The notes below the pieces were generated by a model. That model ran no database searches, was not told the DNA's origin, and worked only from the letters and a program-made list of their open reading frames with translations. Both the position numbers and the translations under genes were made by a program. From IMG/VR virus record IMGVR_UViG_2671180747_000017: 64,000 bases of DNA. One strand, given 5' to 3'. Positions 10,495-20,483 of this stretch are shown in pieces (position 1 is the first letter of the stretch; every line of letters begins with the position of its first letter). Source of the stretch: a virus (Duplodnaviria; Heunggongvirae; Uroviricota; Caudoviricetes).

Positions 10495-11421
10495 TCATTG
10501 GCTTACCTCCTTCGGCGGTTCTGGTAGCGGCATCCAGTGGGTTACTTCTTTGAGATGCAGGTCTTCGCCATCACCGTCATCCCAAGTGGGATTGCCATCA
10601 TTAAACCAGTCGCCATATACGCCGACCTGAGTGTTGGGGATGCTTGGTGGGTAGTTGTTTTTAAAGTCAGCTGCTAACACATAGTATTGTCGCTCTCCCA
10701 TTTCTGGCATTCGATCACTACAGCTTATCCAACCATCCGGAGTTACCGGAACTGGCGGAACGGCTGTTTGCTCTCGAACGTCATTAGTCGCTATCGGTTC
10801 TGCTGCCAACTGACTGGCATATTTGTTAATGGTAACGATAAGCTCTTGCTCAGCCTCATCCAGACAATCACCGATACCTCGCCTGTCACCGTCAAAATCA
10901 TCGAAATCGGCACGAATCTTGGCAACCTTCTGGATTGCGGACAACACCTCACTAGGAATTACCGGATAGTTGGTTGACGTTTCCGCGATTTCCCGAAAAT
11001 TATTGGTTGACGAATTCTTGTTTTCCCGAAAGTTTCCGGACTGAAGCATGGCGGCGCGGCAGGCATTCCAGCCTCTTACCTCTGCAATAGCGGCAACCGC
11101 ATCAACCGCGTACATGCTAAGAGGATTAGGCATTGGTTTTTCTTCCGGTACTACTGGTGCTGGAGGGGCGGCGTAAATGCCCTCTATCACTAAATGTTTG
11201 CGCTCAAAATCATCTGGCTCTCGATGATATACGTAACTCCAATCACCAAGGTTATCATTGCGCCTGCAACGGAAACCTATCGGCTCGGCTTCCAGCGCTG
11301 CCAGAGCAATTCGTGCCAGTTCTTCCGCTTCTTCTGCTGGCAGTACAACGTTGCTACCAGGTCCGTATGTTTCGCGCCACTGCTTGATTGTCAGTAGTCG
11401 CTCTTTGGTAATAGTGATCAT
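10495..11421 (-). CDS. DUF551-like prophage protein
   Basis: ORF track; C-terminal YYVLA...GVYGDWFNDG...THWMPLPEPP resembles the DUF551 module common in lambdoid early-left regions. Confidence 0.65.
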   Translation of the reverse strand: MITITKERLLTIKQWRETYGPGSNVVLPAEEAEELARIALAALEAEPIGFRCRRNDNLGDWSYVYHREPDDFERKHLVIEGIYAAPPAPVVPEEKPMPNPLSMYAVDAVAAIAEVRGWNACRAAMLQSGNFRENKNSSTNNFREIAETSTNYPVIPSEVLSAIQKVAKIRADFDDFDGDRRGIGDCLDEAEQELIVTINKYASQLAAEPIATNDVREQTAVPPVPVTPDGWISCSDRMPEMGERQYYVLAADFKNNYPPSIPNTQVGVYGDWFNDGNPTWDDGDGEDLHLKEVTHWMPLPEPPKEVSQ

Positions 11422-11933
11422 GCCGCGTTTCCTTCTTTCTTATTAACAATTACACCGTCATATATTTCATTAAGGTGCCCTCTCAACTCCATGCGCCTTA
11501 ATGCAGATAACATGTAATCGCATTCAACCTGCTTATTCCCAATAAAAGGTTTATCTTCAGGGTTACCCCAACAGCAATTCCCCTTGGGCCATCCATGTAC
11601 TTTCCGTACTCTTCCGTTAACAACGTGAAGTAATCCCCAGCCAGGTGGTAAATCCTCAATTGAAATAATTCCCGGCTCACTAATAAAGAATCGCCAGTCG
11701 CCCATTCCAAGAGACGGATTTTTACGAAAACGCTTTTTTCTATCTGCCAACAAGTCAGCACGAGAACATTTCGCCTCTATCAGGCATGATGCTGAATTTC
11801 TGAATCCCATAGCATCTGGCTGTTCTCCGGTACTGGTTACAGCTATAAAGCGGTCATGAAAACAAACCTTGAACCCGTTGCGCTTAAGGAACTTGTACGC
11901 AATCTGACAGAGTTCGCGGTGTGTTAACGCCAT
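11418..11933 (-). CDS. Hypothetical prophage protein, possible PD-(D/E)xK-like nuclease motif
   Basis: ATG at 11933 with AAGGAG RBS overlapping the upstream gene's stop; motif CLIEAKCSRADL. Confidence 0.55.
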   Translation of the reverse strand: MALTHRELCQIAYKFLKRNGFKVCFHDRFIAVTSTGEQPDAMGFRNSASCLIEAKCSRADLLADRKKRFRKNPSLGMGDWRFFISEPGIISIEDLPPGWGLLHVVNGRVRKVHGWPKGNCCWGNPEDKPFIGNKQVECDYMLSALRRMELRGHLNEIYDGVIVNKKEGNAA

Positions 11934-11934
11934 A

Positions 11935-12885
11935 TCACTCTCCTTTGATGCGAATGCCAGCAAGCCAGTTTCTTATGCCGATATATTCAGCGTTCCGGAA
12001 ACCGCTTTTTACATATATAAATGGCAAGCGAAGATTGTGACCATTGACTGCCAGGTAGTCTTTACAACCCTGTTCGGTGAAACAGCAGGTAACGAATTCA
12101 TCAATATCTTTCACAGCAACGCGCCGCCATTTTTCTGGTGGCTCTCGAAAGTTTTCATGAAGTAGCTCGAGACGACGACTATGGCGTTTATTGGCTTCAT
12201 TGCCATCTTCGTCAACCCAGACAATCCGGTCATGGTCATAATCAGCATCAACAACGATTTCGCGCTTTTGATACACACAAAACATGGGATCTGACGTTAT
12301 TCGATTGTCCTGTGTTCGAATATTTTCACCGATGATGCCAAACGAATCTGGTGCAGATTTTGTCTGCATCTCTTCGATACGTTCAGCCATCGCAGCACAC
12401 TCTTCAAAGTTGCTTAATGCTTTTCGCTCCCATTCGGCGCATTGTTTTTCCAGTTCTGCTATGCGCTTACTTCCATCCGCGATTACTCCCTCGTAATATT
12501 CACGCTGCTCGTTGAGTTTTGATTTTGCTGTTTCAAGCTCAACGCGCAGCTTCCCTACCGTAAGCGCAATATCCTCGTTCTCCTGGTCGCGGCGTTTGAT
12601 GTATTGCTGGTTTCTTTCCCGTTCATCCAGCAGTGCCAGCACGGTAGCCGGATTGGCTGCGGCGATGAATTCAGCATTGGCCTGCTGTTCCATTTGGAAA
12701 TCTTCATCGAAACCGCTTTCAGGATGTGCTCCTTCAATTCTGCAAATGGGAATATATCCAGCAGCCTCGCGATGAATTAGTGCATCATCACCATCAAATC
12801 GGTTCTCTCCATATTCGAGCGACCACTCACCACGCGTTGCTTTTTCTGCCTTTTCACGCAGTACCTGATAGTTAATCTCGCTCAT
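11935..12885 (-). CDS. Ead/Ea22-like prophage protein
   Basis: Contains ANAEFIAAANPATVLALLDE, which I recognise from Ea22-like proteins; central coiled-coil; start refined to ATG 12885. Confidence 0.7.
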   Translation of the reverse strand: MSEINYQVLREKAEKATRGEWSLEYGENRFDGDDALIHREAAGYIPICRIEGAHPESGFDEDFQMEQQANAEFIAAANPATVLALLDERERNQQYIKRRDQENEDIALTVGKLRVELETAKSKLNEQREYYEGVIADGSKRIAELEKQCAEWERKALSNFEECAAMAERIEEMQTKSAPDSFGIIGENIRTQDNRITSDPMFCVYQKREIVVDADYDHDRIVWVDEDGNEANKRHSRRLELLHENFREPPEKWRRVAVKDIDEFVTCCFTEQGCKDYLAVNGHNLRLPFIYVKSGFRNAEYIGIRNWLAGIRIKGE

Positions 12886-13156
12886 TTTTCTCTTCGCTCC
12901 GGTATACAAGAATTACAACGTCACCTCTGCTAATTACGCGAGCTGGATCTCCTGGCTCCATGCTGTCAATCCCGAAGGCTTCGGAAAACGCATTCATTGC
13001 CTTCTGGCGTTGATCCTGCTTACGGCATTTATTCCATTTTTTCAGTAACAACAGCGATAGCCACCGCCCGGCGCAGAACATAATGTAAAAATAACCAAGA
13101 AGCGCCAGACCTGTGTTGAGGGCCGTATCGATCGTTATAGTGGTGTCTATGCTCAC
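12872..13156 (-). CDS. Small hydrophobic (membrane) prophage protein
   Basis: ORF track; hydrophobic segment GLALLGYFYIMFCAGRWLSLLLL; translationally coupled to neighbours. Confidence 0.5.
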   Translation of the reverse strand: MSIDTTITIDTALNTGLALLGYFYIMFCAGRWLSLLLLKKWNKCRKQDQRQKAMNAFSEAFGIDSMEPGDPARVISRGDVVILVYRSEEKNERD

Positions 13157-13374
13157 TTCACACCTCTCTGTTTGTTGATAAGTTCAATATCCTGCTGGCA
13201 ACTGGCGCAAGTTCGGCATCCGCGAACAGCCTGGCGTCGCCGCTCATCTATCGGATCGCCACACTCGCAACAATGAGTAGCAGATGGGGCATTACTTTCG
13301 GATTTGTATTTTTGCAGGGAGAGATTGCGCTGCAATTCTTCGATTTCAGCGGCATTGTCGATGATATCTGCCAT
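13153..13374 (-). CDS. TraR/DksA-family C4 zinc-finger protein
   Basis: CCECGDPIDERRRQAVRGCRTCASCQ four-Cys motif; 73 aa, typical size and position for phage TraR-like proteins. Confidence 0.8.
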   Translation of the reverse strand: MADIIDNAAEIEELQRNLSLQKYKSESNAPSATHCCECGDPIDERRRQAVRGCRTCASCQQDIELINKQRGVK

Positions 13375-13421
13375 TTTCCTTTCCTTCAGGCATGAAAAAA
13401 GGAGCCGAAGCTCCTTTGGTA

Positions 13422-14045
13422 TCAGAATTCAAATTGTCTTGCTCTTAGTTGCGCTAGCATACTTCTGGCCCTATGCACCATATAGTTGGCGGGATCAAGT
13501 TTTGCTGCTTCGCGGAGCAATGTGTCGCGAGTCCGGTTGGTTATATGACGAGTCTCGTAGGCCAGATCAAACAGTTTCCCGTAGTAATCAGAATTCAGTT
13601 CTCTCATGACGGGGTATAGCTGCTTACTGAGTTGTTGTGCTTTTTCCATCCAGAGTTGAACGTAGCAGAGCAGGATGATGTCTTCTGCTGTGAATTGCTG
13701 CTCAGTTTGTACTGGCTGAATGTTGCGAAGTTTCTTTTCGCACTCGATGAAGTATCGGCGTATCTGGCGGCCTTTTTCGTTACGTTCAACCATCGCAAGC
13801 TCTTTGGCTGTGTCGAGGGTGAGGTGGTAATCCTTGCGGCGGCGGCCTGGAGTTTTCGCCAAATTTGGCGAAAATAGAATGTAGTCTAAATTTTCTACGA
13901 ATCCATACTCGTTTAGCTTGGCCCGTATCCAGTTAGAAAAATCTTTACCTACCTCTAAAAATCCATGCAAATCACGCGCGTTCACCAGAAGCGTAGGTTC
14001 ATTTGAGATTGTACCTTCAAACACAGGGATGAGTTGAGTGGTCAT
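13422..14045 (-). CDS. Phage antirepressor, AntA-type N-terminal domain
   Basis: Start refined to ATG 14045 (MTTQLIPVF...) with GGAGG RBS; N-terminal region matches AntA/AntB-type antirepressors. Confidence 0.75.
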   Translation of the reverse strand: MTTQLIPVFEGTISNEPTLLVNARDLHGFLEVGKDFSNWIRAKLNEYGFVENLDYILFSPNLAKTPGRRRKDYHLTLDTAKELAMVERNEKGRQIRRYFIECEKKLRNIQPVQTEQQFTAEDIILLCYVQLWMEKAQQLSKQLYPVMRELNSDYYGKLFDLAYETRHITNRTRDTLLREAAKLDPANYMVHRARSMLAQLRARQFEF

Positions 14046-14294
14046 GATGACCTCCTTTGGCTTTTTTCGAGAAATGCCACCACAAAATGTGGTGCCGGGA
14101 GGCTCGAAACGGCCCAAAAGATACCGCGGACTTATTCCCCTTGCGGGTGTTGTATTCGTCGCCCTCCCGACATTGATCGGGGATGTGACCGCACACTGTG
14201 CTATCACTGAATAACAGGCATAAAAAATCCAACACTGACGGGGTTGGTTTAATCCGCTTTTGGGAGGTTTTCGAGGCCTCGGCGCGGAGTATAG

Positions 14295-14582
14295 TCAGTA
14301 TTGGACGCAGTCGTCAACCATCGCCGTTTCTTTGGCTGTGTCGAGGGTGAGGTGGTAATCCTTGCGGTTGTGACCGCCTCTACCAGATGTTTGCTTTCCC
14401 AAATTGGAAAGCAAAATATAGTCTTGATTTTCAATGAATTCGTATTCTGAAATGCGATTTGTAATCCATGCCGCAAACACCTTTTTCACGCCTAAAAAAG
14501 CATGCAGATCGCGGGCATTGCAGAGTAGGGCTGTTTCGTTGTCGATAGTGCCGTTGAATACGGGGATGAGTTGATTAGCCAT
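14295..14582 (-). pseudogene. Truncated paralog of the antirepressor (N-terminal domain only)
   Basis: MANQLIPVFNGTIDNETALL... closely parallels the 13422-14045 protein then ends at ...MVDDCVQY; flanking DNA is a partial duplicate of 13790-14290. Confidence 0.5.
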
Positions 14583-14909
14583 AATTATGACTCCTGACGT
14601 TTTAGTATTGACTGCCACCTTAGTGGGGTGGCGGGCTTCAACTACCGCGTCAGACGGCGGAGCGTATTTCCCGAAAGGGTATTGTATTAGGCTCTCTCGA
14701 CCCGCCATTGATATGGCGATACCTGTAAACAGGCATAAAAAAGCCGCAAAGCTATCGGGTGCGGTTGACCGCTGACGTTGTAGTGCAGTCAGTATGCGAT
14801 AGCTCTGGCAGATTTGTCAAATCGTGCAGTAACATCCTTTTCTTCCTTGCCATTTCTCAATGATGACAAAGGGTGGATTCGGATTGGTATTGGGACAAAA
14901 GTGAGACAC

Positions 14910-14942
14910 ACAAAGCTTTGCATCGGCTTACAAAGCTTTGCA
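14910..14942. repeat. Two direct copies of ACAAAGCTTTGCAT, each containing the palindrome AAAGCTTT, 19 bp apart
   Basis: Read directly near the prophage A / ynfG junction; operator-like or att-proximal binding sites. Confidence 0.4.
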
Positions 14943-14987
14943 TGTTTTTCAATGTTGGGACGTGTGAGCGCAGAAATGACGGGCTAT

Positions 14988-15101
14988 CTAATTGATTTTA
15001 AACGATACGTAACCAACTTTAAAATCTTTGCACGCCAGTTCGCAGGTTTTACAGCCAGTACAGCGGCTGGAATCGATAAAAAATCCATATTGTGTGGTCA
15101 T
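14988..15101 (-). pseudogene. ynfG: ynfG 5' remnant: first 28 codons (MTTQYGFFIDSSRCTGCKTCELACKDFK) fused to 9 phage-derived codons
   Basis: N-terminus matches DmsB/YnfG Fe-S subunit start; sequence diverges after KDFK at about 15018; AAGGAG RBS before ATG 15101. Confidence 0.7.
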
Positions 15102-15111
15102 GGGCTACTCC

Positions 15112-17538
15112 TTAAACCTTTTCGATCTGGACAAGATTGCTGTGCGACGGGTTTCCCTTTGCCAGCGGTGAAGGGCGGTGAGAGGTCAGAATATTGATAC
15201 TGCCGCCGTGATCGACCCGGTCACCAAACATATCCGCTTTAAGCCACGCACCTTGCCCGATGGCGGTAACGCCAGGCAGAATACGCGGAGTCACTTTTGC
15301 GGCAATCAGCATTTCTCCATTATTGTTAAATACCCGCACGGTATCGCCATGACGGATACCGCGTGCCTGAGCATCAATGGGGTTGATCCACACCTCTTGT
15401 GGGCAGGCCTGCTGTAACACATCAATATTGCCGTAGCTGGAGTGGGTACGCGCTTTGTAGTGGAAGCCCGTTAACTGCAGTGGATAGGTTTTCCGCAGGG
15501 GATCGTCCCAGCCATCAAAACCTGGGGTATACGCAGGAAGGGGATGAATAATTTCATCTTTTTTCAATTCCCAGGTATCTGCAATCTTCGCCAGTCGTTC
15601 AGAATAAATTTCGATTTTCCCCGAAGGTGTTTTCAACGGGTTTGCCTGTGGATCTTCACGGAATGCGCGGAAAGCGACGTAGTGTTCTTCCGGGCATTTT
15701 TTCTTAAAGATCCCGGTCGTTTTCATCTCCTCGTAGTCGGGCATCTCAGGGTTACGTTCCTTCGTTTTCGCATGGAGATATTTGATCCATTCATGCTGAC
15801 TGCGACCTTCAGTAAAGGTTTGATAAACGTCTGGTCCTAAGCGTTTGGCGACTTCACTCAGCATCCAGTAGATGGGTTTGCGTTCAAATTTTGCTGAGGT
15901 TGCGGGTTGGGCGAGGATCACATAGCCCATATTCCCTGCAGATTCATGAGAGATAAGGTCTTCTTGCTCTGTTGGCATCAGGTCGGGCAACAGGATATCG
16001 CAATACTTAGCCGAGGCCGTCATGAAGAGGTCAATGCCAACAATCATCTCGCACTTGCTGTCATCCTGAAGCACCTCATGGGTGTGATTGATGTCGCCAT
16101 GTTGATTGATCAATGTGTTACTGGCGTAGCACCATAAAAACTTGATGGGGACATCCAGTTTTTCTTTTCCACGAACACCATCACGGGTCGCGGTCATTTC
16201 CGTACCATGGTCGATGGCATCTGTCCATGTAAAGACGGAAATCTGCGTTTTAACAGGATTCTCAAGCATCGGGAACCATTCTACCCCCAGATCCCAGCTA
16301 CCTTCGCGTACACCTGAGTTGCCGCCGTTTATGCCGACGTTACCGGTGAGAACGGAAAGCATGGCAATAGCGCGGGACGTTTGCTCGCCGTTGGAATGTC
16401 GTTGTGGCCCCCAACCCTGACAAATATAAGCAGGTTTTGCTGAACCGATCTCTCGTGCCAACTGGATAATTTTTTCTGCCGGGATGCTGGTGATTTTTGC
16501 TGCCCATTCCGGCGTTTTAGCTATGCCGTCAGGCCCTTCGCCCAGAATATAGGCTTTATAATGCGCGTTACGTGGTGCGTTGGCGGGCAGCGTTTTTTCA
16601 TCGTAACCAACACAATATTTGTCGAGAAATGGCTGATCGACCATGTTTTCAGTAATCAGTACCCAGGCAATCGCACAGGCCAGTGCGCCATCGGTGCCAG
16701 GGCGAATGGGCAGCCATTCATCTTCACGCCCGGCAGCAGTGTCGTTATAACGTGGATCGATGACGATCATGCGTGCGTTTGAACGTTCGCGGGCTTGCTC
16801 GACGTAGTAAGTGACACCACCGCCGCTCATCCGCGTTTCTGCCGGGTTATTTCCGAACATAACGACCAGTTTCGTATTGGCGATATCATCCGGGCTGTTG
16901 CCATCATTGGCACCGAACATATAACTCATTGCGGCACTGATCTGTGCGGTACTGTAGCTGCCATAGCGACTGAGAAAACCACCGCAAGAGTTCATCAGAC
17001 GGTACGGGACGTTTGAGTTGGTGATGTTTCCGCCATCTACGCCTGTTCCGTACAGGACATGTACAGCCTCATTGCCGTAATCTTTCAGGATCCGCCGAAG
17101 ATTATCACTGATGGTATCCAGGGCTTCGTCCCAACTTATCCGTTCAAATTTACCTTCACCGCGCTTGCCGACGCGCTTCATGGGATATTTCAACCTATCA
17201 GGATGATTCATCCGTCGGCGGATAGAGCGCCCGCGTAAACACGCTCGAACCTGATGGTTACCGTAGACGTCGTCACCTGTCGTATCAGACTCCACCCAGT
17301 ACACGGTGTCATCTTTCACATGCAAACGTAACAGACAGCGGCTCCCGCAGTTAACGGTGCAGGAACTCCAGACCGCTTTCTCTTCTACCGGAGCCTCTGC
17401 CGCCCGGACCATTTGGGAAAATGGCAGAGTGAAAGCACTGCTTGCCAGCGCAAGACTGCCAAGTGCGGAGGTTTTCATCAGACTTCTACGGCTGATTTCA
17501 GCCTTCATGAGCGCCTCTGTGGTATGGATTTTCATCAT
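15112..17538 (-). CDS. ynfF: DMSO-reductase-family molybdoenzyme catalytic subunit, intact (808 aa)
   Basis: ORF track; Tat signal SRRSLMKTSALG, CTVNCGSRC Fe-S motif; synteny ynfE-ynfF-ynfG. Confidence 0.9.
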   Translation of the reverse strand: MMKIHTTEALMKAEISRRSLMKTSALGSLALASSAFTLPFSQMVRAAEAPVEEKAVWSSCTVNCGSRCLLRLHVKDDTVYWVESDTTGDDVYGNHQVRACLRGRSIRRRMNHPDRLKYPMKRVGKRGEGKFERISWDEALDTISDNLRRILKDYGNEAVHVLYGTGVDGGNITNSNVPYRLMNSCGGFLSRYGSYSTAQISAAMSYMFGANDGNSPDDIANTKLVVMFGNNPAETRMSGGGVTYYVEQARERSNARMIVIDPRYNDTAAGREDEWLPIRPGTDGALACAIAWVLITENMVDQPFLDKYCVGYDEKTLPANAPRNAHYKAYILGEGPDGIAKTPEWAAKITSIPAEKIIQLAREIGSAKPAYICQGWGPQRHSNGEQTSRAIAMLSVLTGNVGINGGNSGVREGSWDLGVEWFPMLENPVKTQISVFTWTDAIDHGTEMTATRDGVRGKEKLDVPIKFLWCYASNTLINQHGDINHTHEVLQDDSKCEMIVGIDLFMTASAKYCDILLPDLMPTEQEDLISHESAGNMGYVILAQPATSAKFERKPIYWMLSEVAKRLGPDVYQTFTEGRSQHEWIKYLHAKTKERNPEMPDYEEMKTTGIFKKKCPEEHYVAFRAFREDPQANPLKTPSGKIEIYSERLAKIADTWELKKDEIIHPLPAYTPGFDGWDDPLRKTYPLQLTGFHYKARTHSSYGNIDVLQQACPQEVWINPIDAQARGIRHGDTVRVFNNNGEMLIAAKVTPRILPGVTAIGQGAWLKADMFGDRVDHGGSINILTSHRPSPLAKGNPSHSNLVQIEKV

Positions 17539-17595
17539 TACTCACTTATTGCTTTTCAAACAAAATGTCATGCCAGAATTTATGATTGTCGTGGG

Positions 17596-18622
17596 TTATA
17601 TTTTTTCGATCTCGACCAGATTAGTGTGCTGCGGGTTTCCCTTCGCCAGTGGTGAAGGGCGCAGAGTGGTTAGCGTATTCACACAGCCGCCATGGTCGAT
17701 TTTATCGCCAGACATATTGGCCTCGTGCCAGGCTCCCTGGCCCATAGCGCTAACTCCAGGGAGAATACGTGGTGTTACTTTGGCTGGTAGCCGAACTTCG
17801 CCACGATGGTTAAACACCCGCACCATATCGCCGTTGGCAATCCCACGTTTCTGCGCATCTATAGGGTTGATCCACACCTCCTGACGGCAGGCAGCCTTCA
17901 GGAGATCAATATTGCCGTAGGTCGAGTGAGTACGGGATTTGTAATGGAAACCAAACAGTTGCAGTGGGAAGGTTCTACGTTCAGGGGAGTCCCAGCCTTC
18001 AAAGGTAGAGGCATAAACTGGCAGTGGGCTTATCACTTCATCTTTTTCCAGTTCCCAGGTACGGGCAATTTCCGCCAGCTTGCTGGAATAAATTTCAATC
18101 TTACCGGAAGGTGTTTTAAGTGGATTTGCCTCGGGGTCGTCACGAAATGCTTTGTAGGCGACAAAATGACCATTGGGATCTTTACGCTTATAGATACCCA
18201 TTTTTTTCAGTTCGTCGTAAGACGGTAACGCCGGATCTTTGGCAAGCATTTTGGCGTACAGATGTTGTAACCATTGTTCCTGCGTGCGACCTTCAGTGAA
18301 CTTTTGATAGACGTCAGGTCCAAGACGTTTCGCGACTTCACTCAGGATCCAGTAAATCGGTTTGCGTTCGAATTTTTCGCTGGTGACAGGCTGGAGGAAA
18401 ATGAGATATCCCATGTTACCGGCGTAGTCGTTAGGAATAATATCTTCCTGCTCAACGGTCATCAGGTCTGGCAGCAGAATGTCGGCATATTTTGCCGATG
18501 AGGTCATAAAGTTTTCGATGACCACAATCATTTCGCATTTCGATTCGTCCTGCAGAATTTCATGCGTTTTGTTGATGTCAGAATGCTGATTAACGAGGGT
18601 ATTTCCCGCGTAGTTCCAGATG
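17596..18622 (-). pseudogene. ynfE: ynfE C-terminal fragment (distal part of the disrupted gene)
   Basis: Paralogous to ynfF C-terminal half; the ynfE-derived reading frame begins at the junction (...SIWNYAGNTL) and the track ORF N-terminus is island-derived. Confidence 0.85.
18612..18622. repeat. attL core direct repeat AGTTCCAGATG
   Basis: Identical 11-mer at both ynfE breakpoints. Confidence 0.8.
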
Positions 18623-18687
18623 GACTCCATTGTCAGACGGATGGATGGACTTGAAGTAGTTGACTCAATGCTACTTAAGGTCCTGAT

Positions 18688-20271
18688 ATGACTGACATTA
18701 ACCATGATAATACTGTATATCCATCCAGTTCTTTCTCTGGGTCTCCCTATCTGTATCAGCAAGTCTGCACCTCAAGTCCTGACACAAGGCTGACACAAAT
18801 CAATCTACTCAGCGTAGCTAAGCCTCAGTTAGTCCGTAGAGCCAATGGTCGATATACTATCCGCTTCAGACTCAAGGGACAGACCATCCCGTTTCTTTCA
18901 GTATCGACCCGAAGCACAGACAGGAGAGTAGCCACAATGCGTCAGAGAGAGCTTGCAGCCACAGCTAAGTCCTTCATGTTGGATAGGCCTGATGTCTCGC
19001 TACAGGAGCTTACGGACCACCTCCGGTCTATGGCTGAGCAGTTCCTGACAGACGCCAGTGATGACTACTGGAATGGACTTGAGGTCGCTACTCTGGTGGA
19101 CGAGAAGTCCAACCTGAAGGAGCTAGCCGCTACGCAAGCCTTGAGTCTGGACCAGCAGAAGGGCATAAGGTTAGCGCTTGAAGTCCTGACCGCAGCACAG
19201 CAGAGGGTAGACACTGGTGATGCCTCTGGTCTGATTAAGCTGATTGATGATAATAACCATACTGATTACTCAACTATAGGCGACTCTACGTCAATTCTGA
19301 AGAATGAGCAGGGGGATAGACCAGCAGTTTTCACACAGGAGCGTCAGCCATCTGTGGTTTTTTCAAGCCTAGTGTCCTCGCTGCTGGCTGAGAAGGTCCA
19401 GACCCTGAAGTCCTCCAGCTACAAGGACCTGTCGTCCTCACTGAATACCGTCTCTCGGTTCTTACCTGAAGACATGGACCTGATGTCCCGCTCTGAGTGG
19501 CTGGCTGTCAGGGACTCCATGCTGGCTGCTGAGGTGAGACCATCGACAATCAACAAGCTGCTGACTAAGGCGAAGATGTGTCTTGATTATGGCCTGATGA
19601 ATGGGCAACTTGAGGGCCGCAACCCTATTGAACGGATGAAGCTGACCAAGGATATCGACTCCAAGCGCAGAGCGTTCACAGACGAGGAGCTGGAGAGACT
19701 TCTGGTCCGTGTTGAGTCTGAGTATCAGTTCACACGACACACGGCTCACACGACCTCTGAGGCCCGTAGATGGGCGTCTCTGGTGTCTGTGGTCACTGGC
19801 GCGAGGTCTGCTGAAGTCTGCCACCTGACTAAACGTGACATTGTCACCTTAGACAACGGTTTAACCTGCATCGACATCAATGAAGATGGGGACGGTAAGT
19901 CTGTGAAGAACAAACATTCAGTCCGACTTGTACCGCTGACCGATGGGGCCTGTGGGTTCGACCTGAAGTCCTTCCTTGAATGGGTAGACACGCAGCCTGA
20001 CGACGGCGGTCCTCTCTTCGGGATGACTCCGAGCGCCTACTCTAGCTGGTTTAACTCTAGGGTCCTGACTGAGGCACTGGGAGACGCTGAGAACGTTTCT
20101 CTCCATAGTCTGAGGCATTGGCTGGCGACCCGAATGAAAGAGCGTGGAGTCAATCTGGTGGACGCTCAGGGCATCTTAGGCCATAGCAGTCAGTCAATTA
20201 CGTATGACCTGTACGGGAAAGGACACGCTGTTGGTAGGCTGGCTGAGGTGCTGAAGACAGCTTTACTTTAA
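18688..20271 (+). CDS. int: Tyrosine recombinase / integrase of the island
   Basis: C-terminal HSLRHWLATR and LGHSSQSITYDLYGKGH (H-x-x-R and catalytic Tyr); N-terminal GRYTIRFRLKG arm-binding-like segment; true start uncertain because arm-type repeats lie at 18780-18798. Confidence 0.85.
   Translation: MTDINHDNTVYPSSSFSGSPYLYQQVCTSSPDTRLTQINLLSVAKPQLVRRANGRYTIRFRLKGQTIPFLSVSTRSTDRRVATMRQRELAATAKSFMLDRPDVSLQELTDHLRSMAEQFLTDASDDYWNGLEVATLVDEKSNLKELAATQALSLDQQKGIRLALEVLTAAQQRVDTGDASGLIKLIDDNNHTDYSTIGDSTSILKNEQGDRPAVFTQERQPSVVFSSLVSSLLAEKVQTLKSSSYKDLSSSLNTVSRFLPEDMDLMSRSEWLAVRDSMLAAEVRPSTINKLLTKAKMCLDYGLMNGQLEGRNPIERMKLTKDIDSKRRAFTDEELERLLVRVESEYQFTRHTAHTTSEARRWASLVSVVTGARSAEVCHLTKRDIVTLDNGLTCIDINEDGDGKSVKNKHSVRLVPLTDGACGFDLKSFLEWVDTQPDDGGPLFGMTPSAYSSWFNSRVLTEALGDAENVSLHSLRHWLATRMKERGVNLVDAQGILGHSSQSITYDLYGKGHAVGRLAEVLKTALL
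18780..18798. repeat. Two direct TGACACAA arm-type repeats, 11-bp spacing, left end of island
   Basis: TGACACAAGGCTGACACAA read directly; same motif triplicated at the right end. Confidence 0.7.
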
Positions 20272-20348
20272 GTAGGAAGACCCAAGGTGGAGACCATATA
20301 CGGCTTGATGGTTGAGACCTTGGGTCACTGAAGTCTGACTGAAGTTAG

Positions 20349-20376
20349 GGAGGGTGATAATAATCATAATCCCTCC
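20349..20376 (+). terminator. Hairpin downstream of integrase (GGAGGG, 16-nt loop, CCCTCC), no clear U-tract
   Basis: Read directly about 80 bp after the int stop. Confidence 0.25.
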
Positions 20377-20483
20377 TGACTATAGGCCCACTGGTTCGCC
20401 TTCGGCTGTCAGACTCTAAGTCTGTATGTGGTCTTATTTAAACTGGTTCCCTAACTCCAGTACTCCAAATTCCTATGGTCTCC

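Larger units (their letters stand above)
1..15017. mobile_element. Prophage A, right-hand portion (extends beyond window start); junction with host ynfG near 15017/15018
   Basis: Phage-type gene content (Ea22-like, DUF551-like, AntA antirepressor, TraR zinc finger) abutting a truncated ynfG; no integrase seen on this side. Confidence 0.7.

Noticed and set aside
14814-15197. Plus-strand ORF spanning the prophage A / ynfG junction
   Set aside because: Crosses the integration junction and is antisense to the ynfG start and ynfF stop; chimeric artefact.
15178-18501. Plus-strand ORFs within ynfF and the ynfE C-terminal fragment (for example 17306..17884, 17806..18228)
   Set aside because: Antisense to conserved molybdoenzyme coding sequence.
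19462-19991. Minus-strand ORFs inside the island integrase gene
   Set aside because: Antisense to a gene with clear catalytic motifs.
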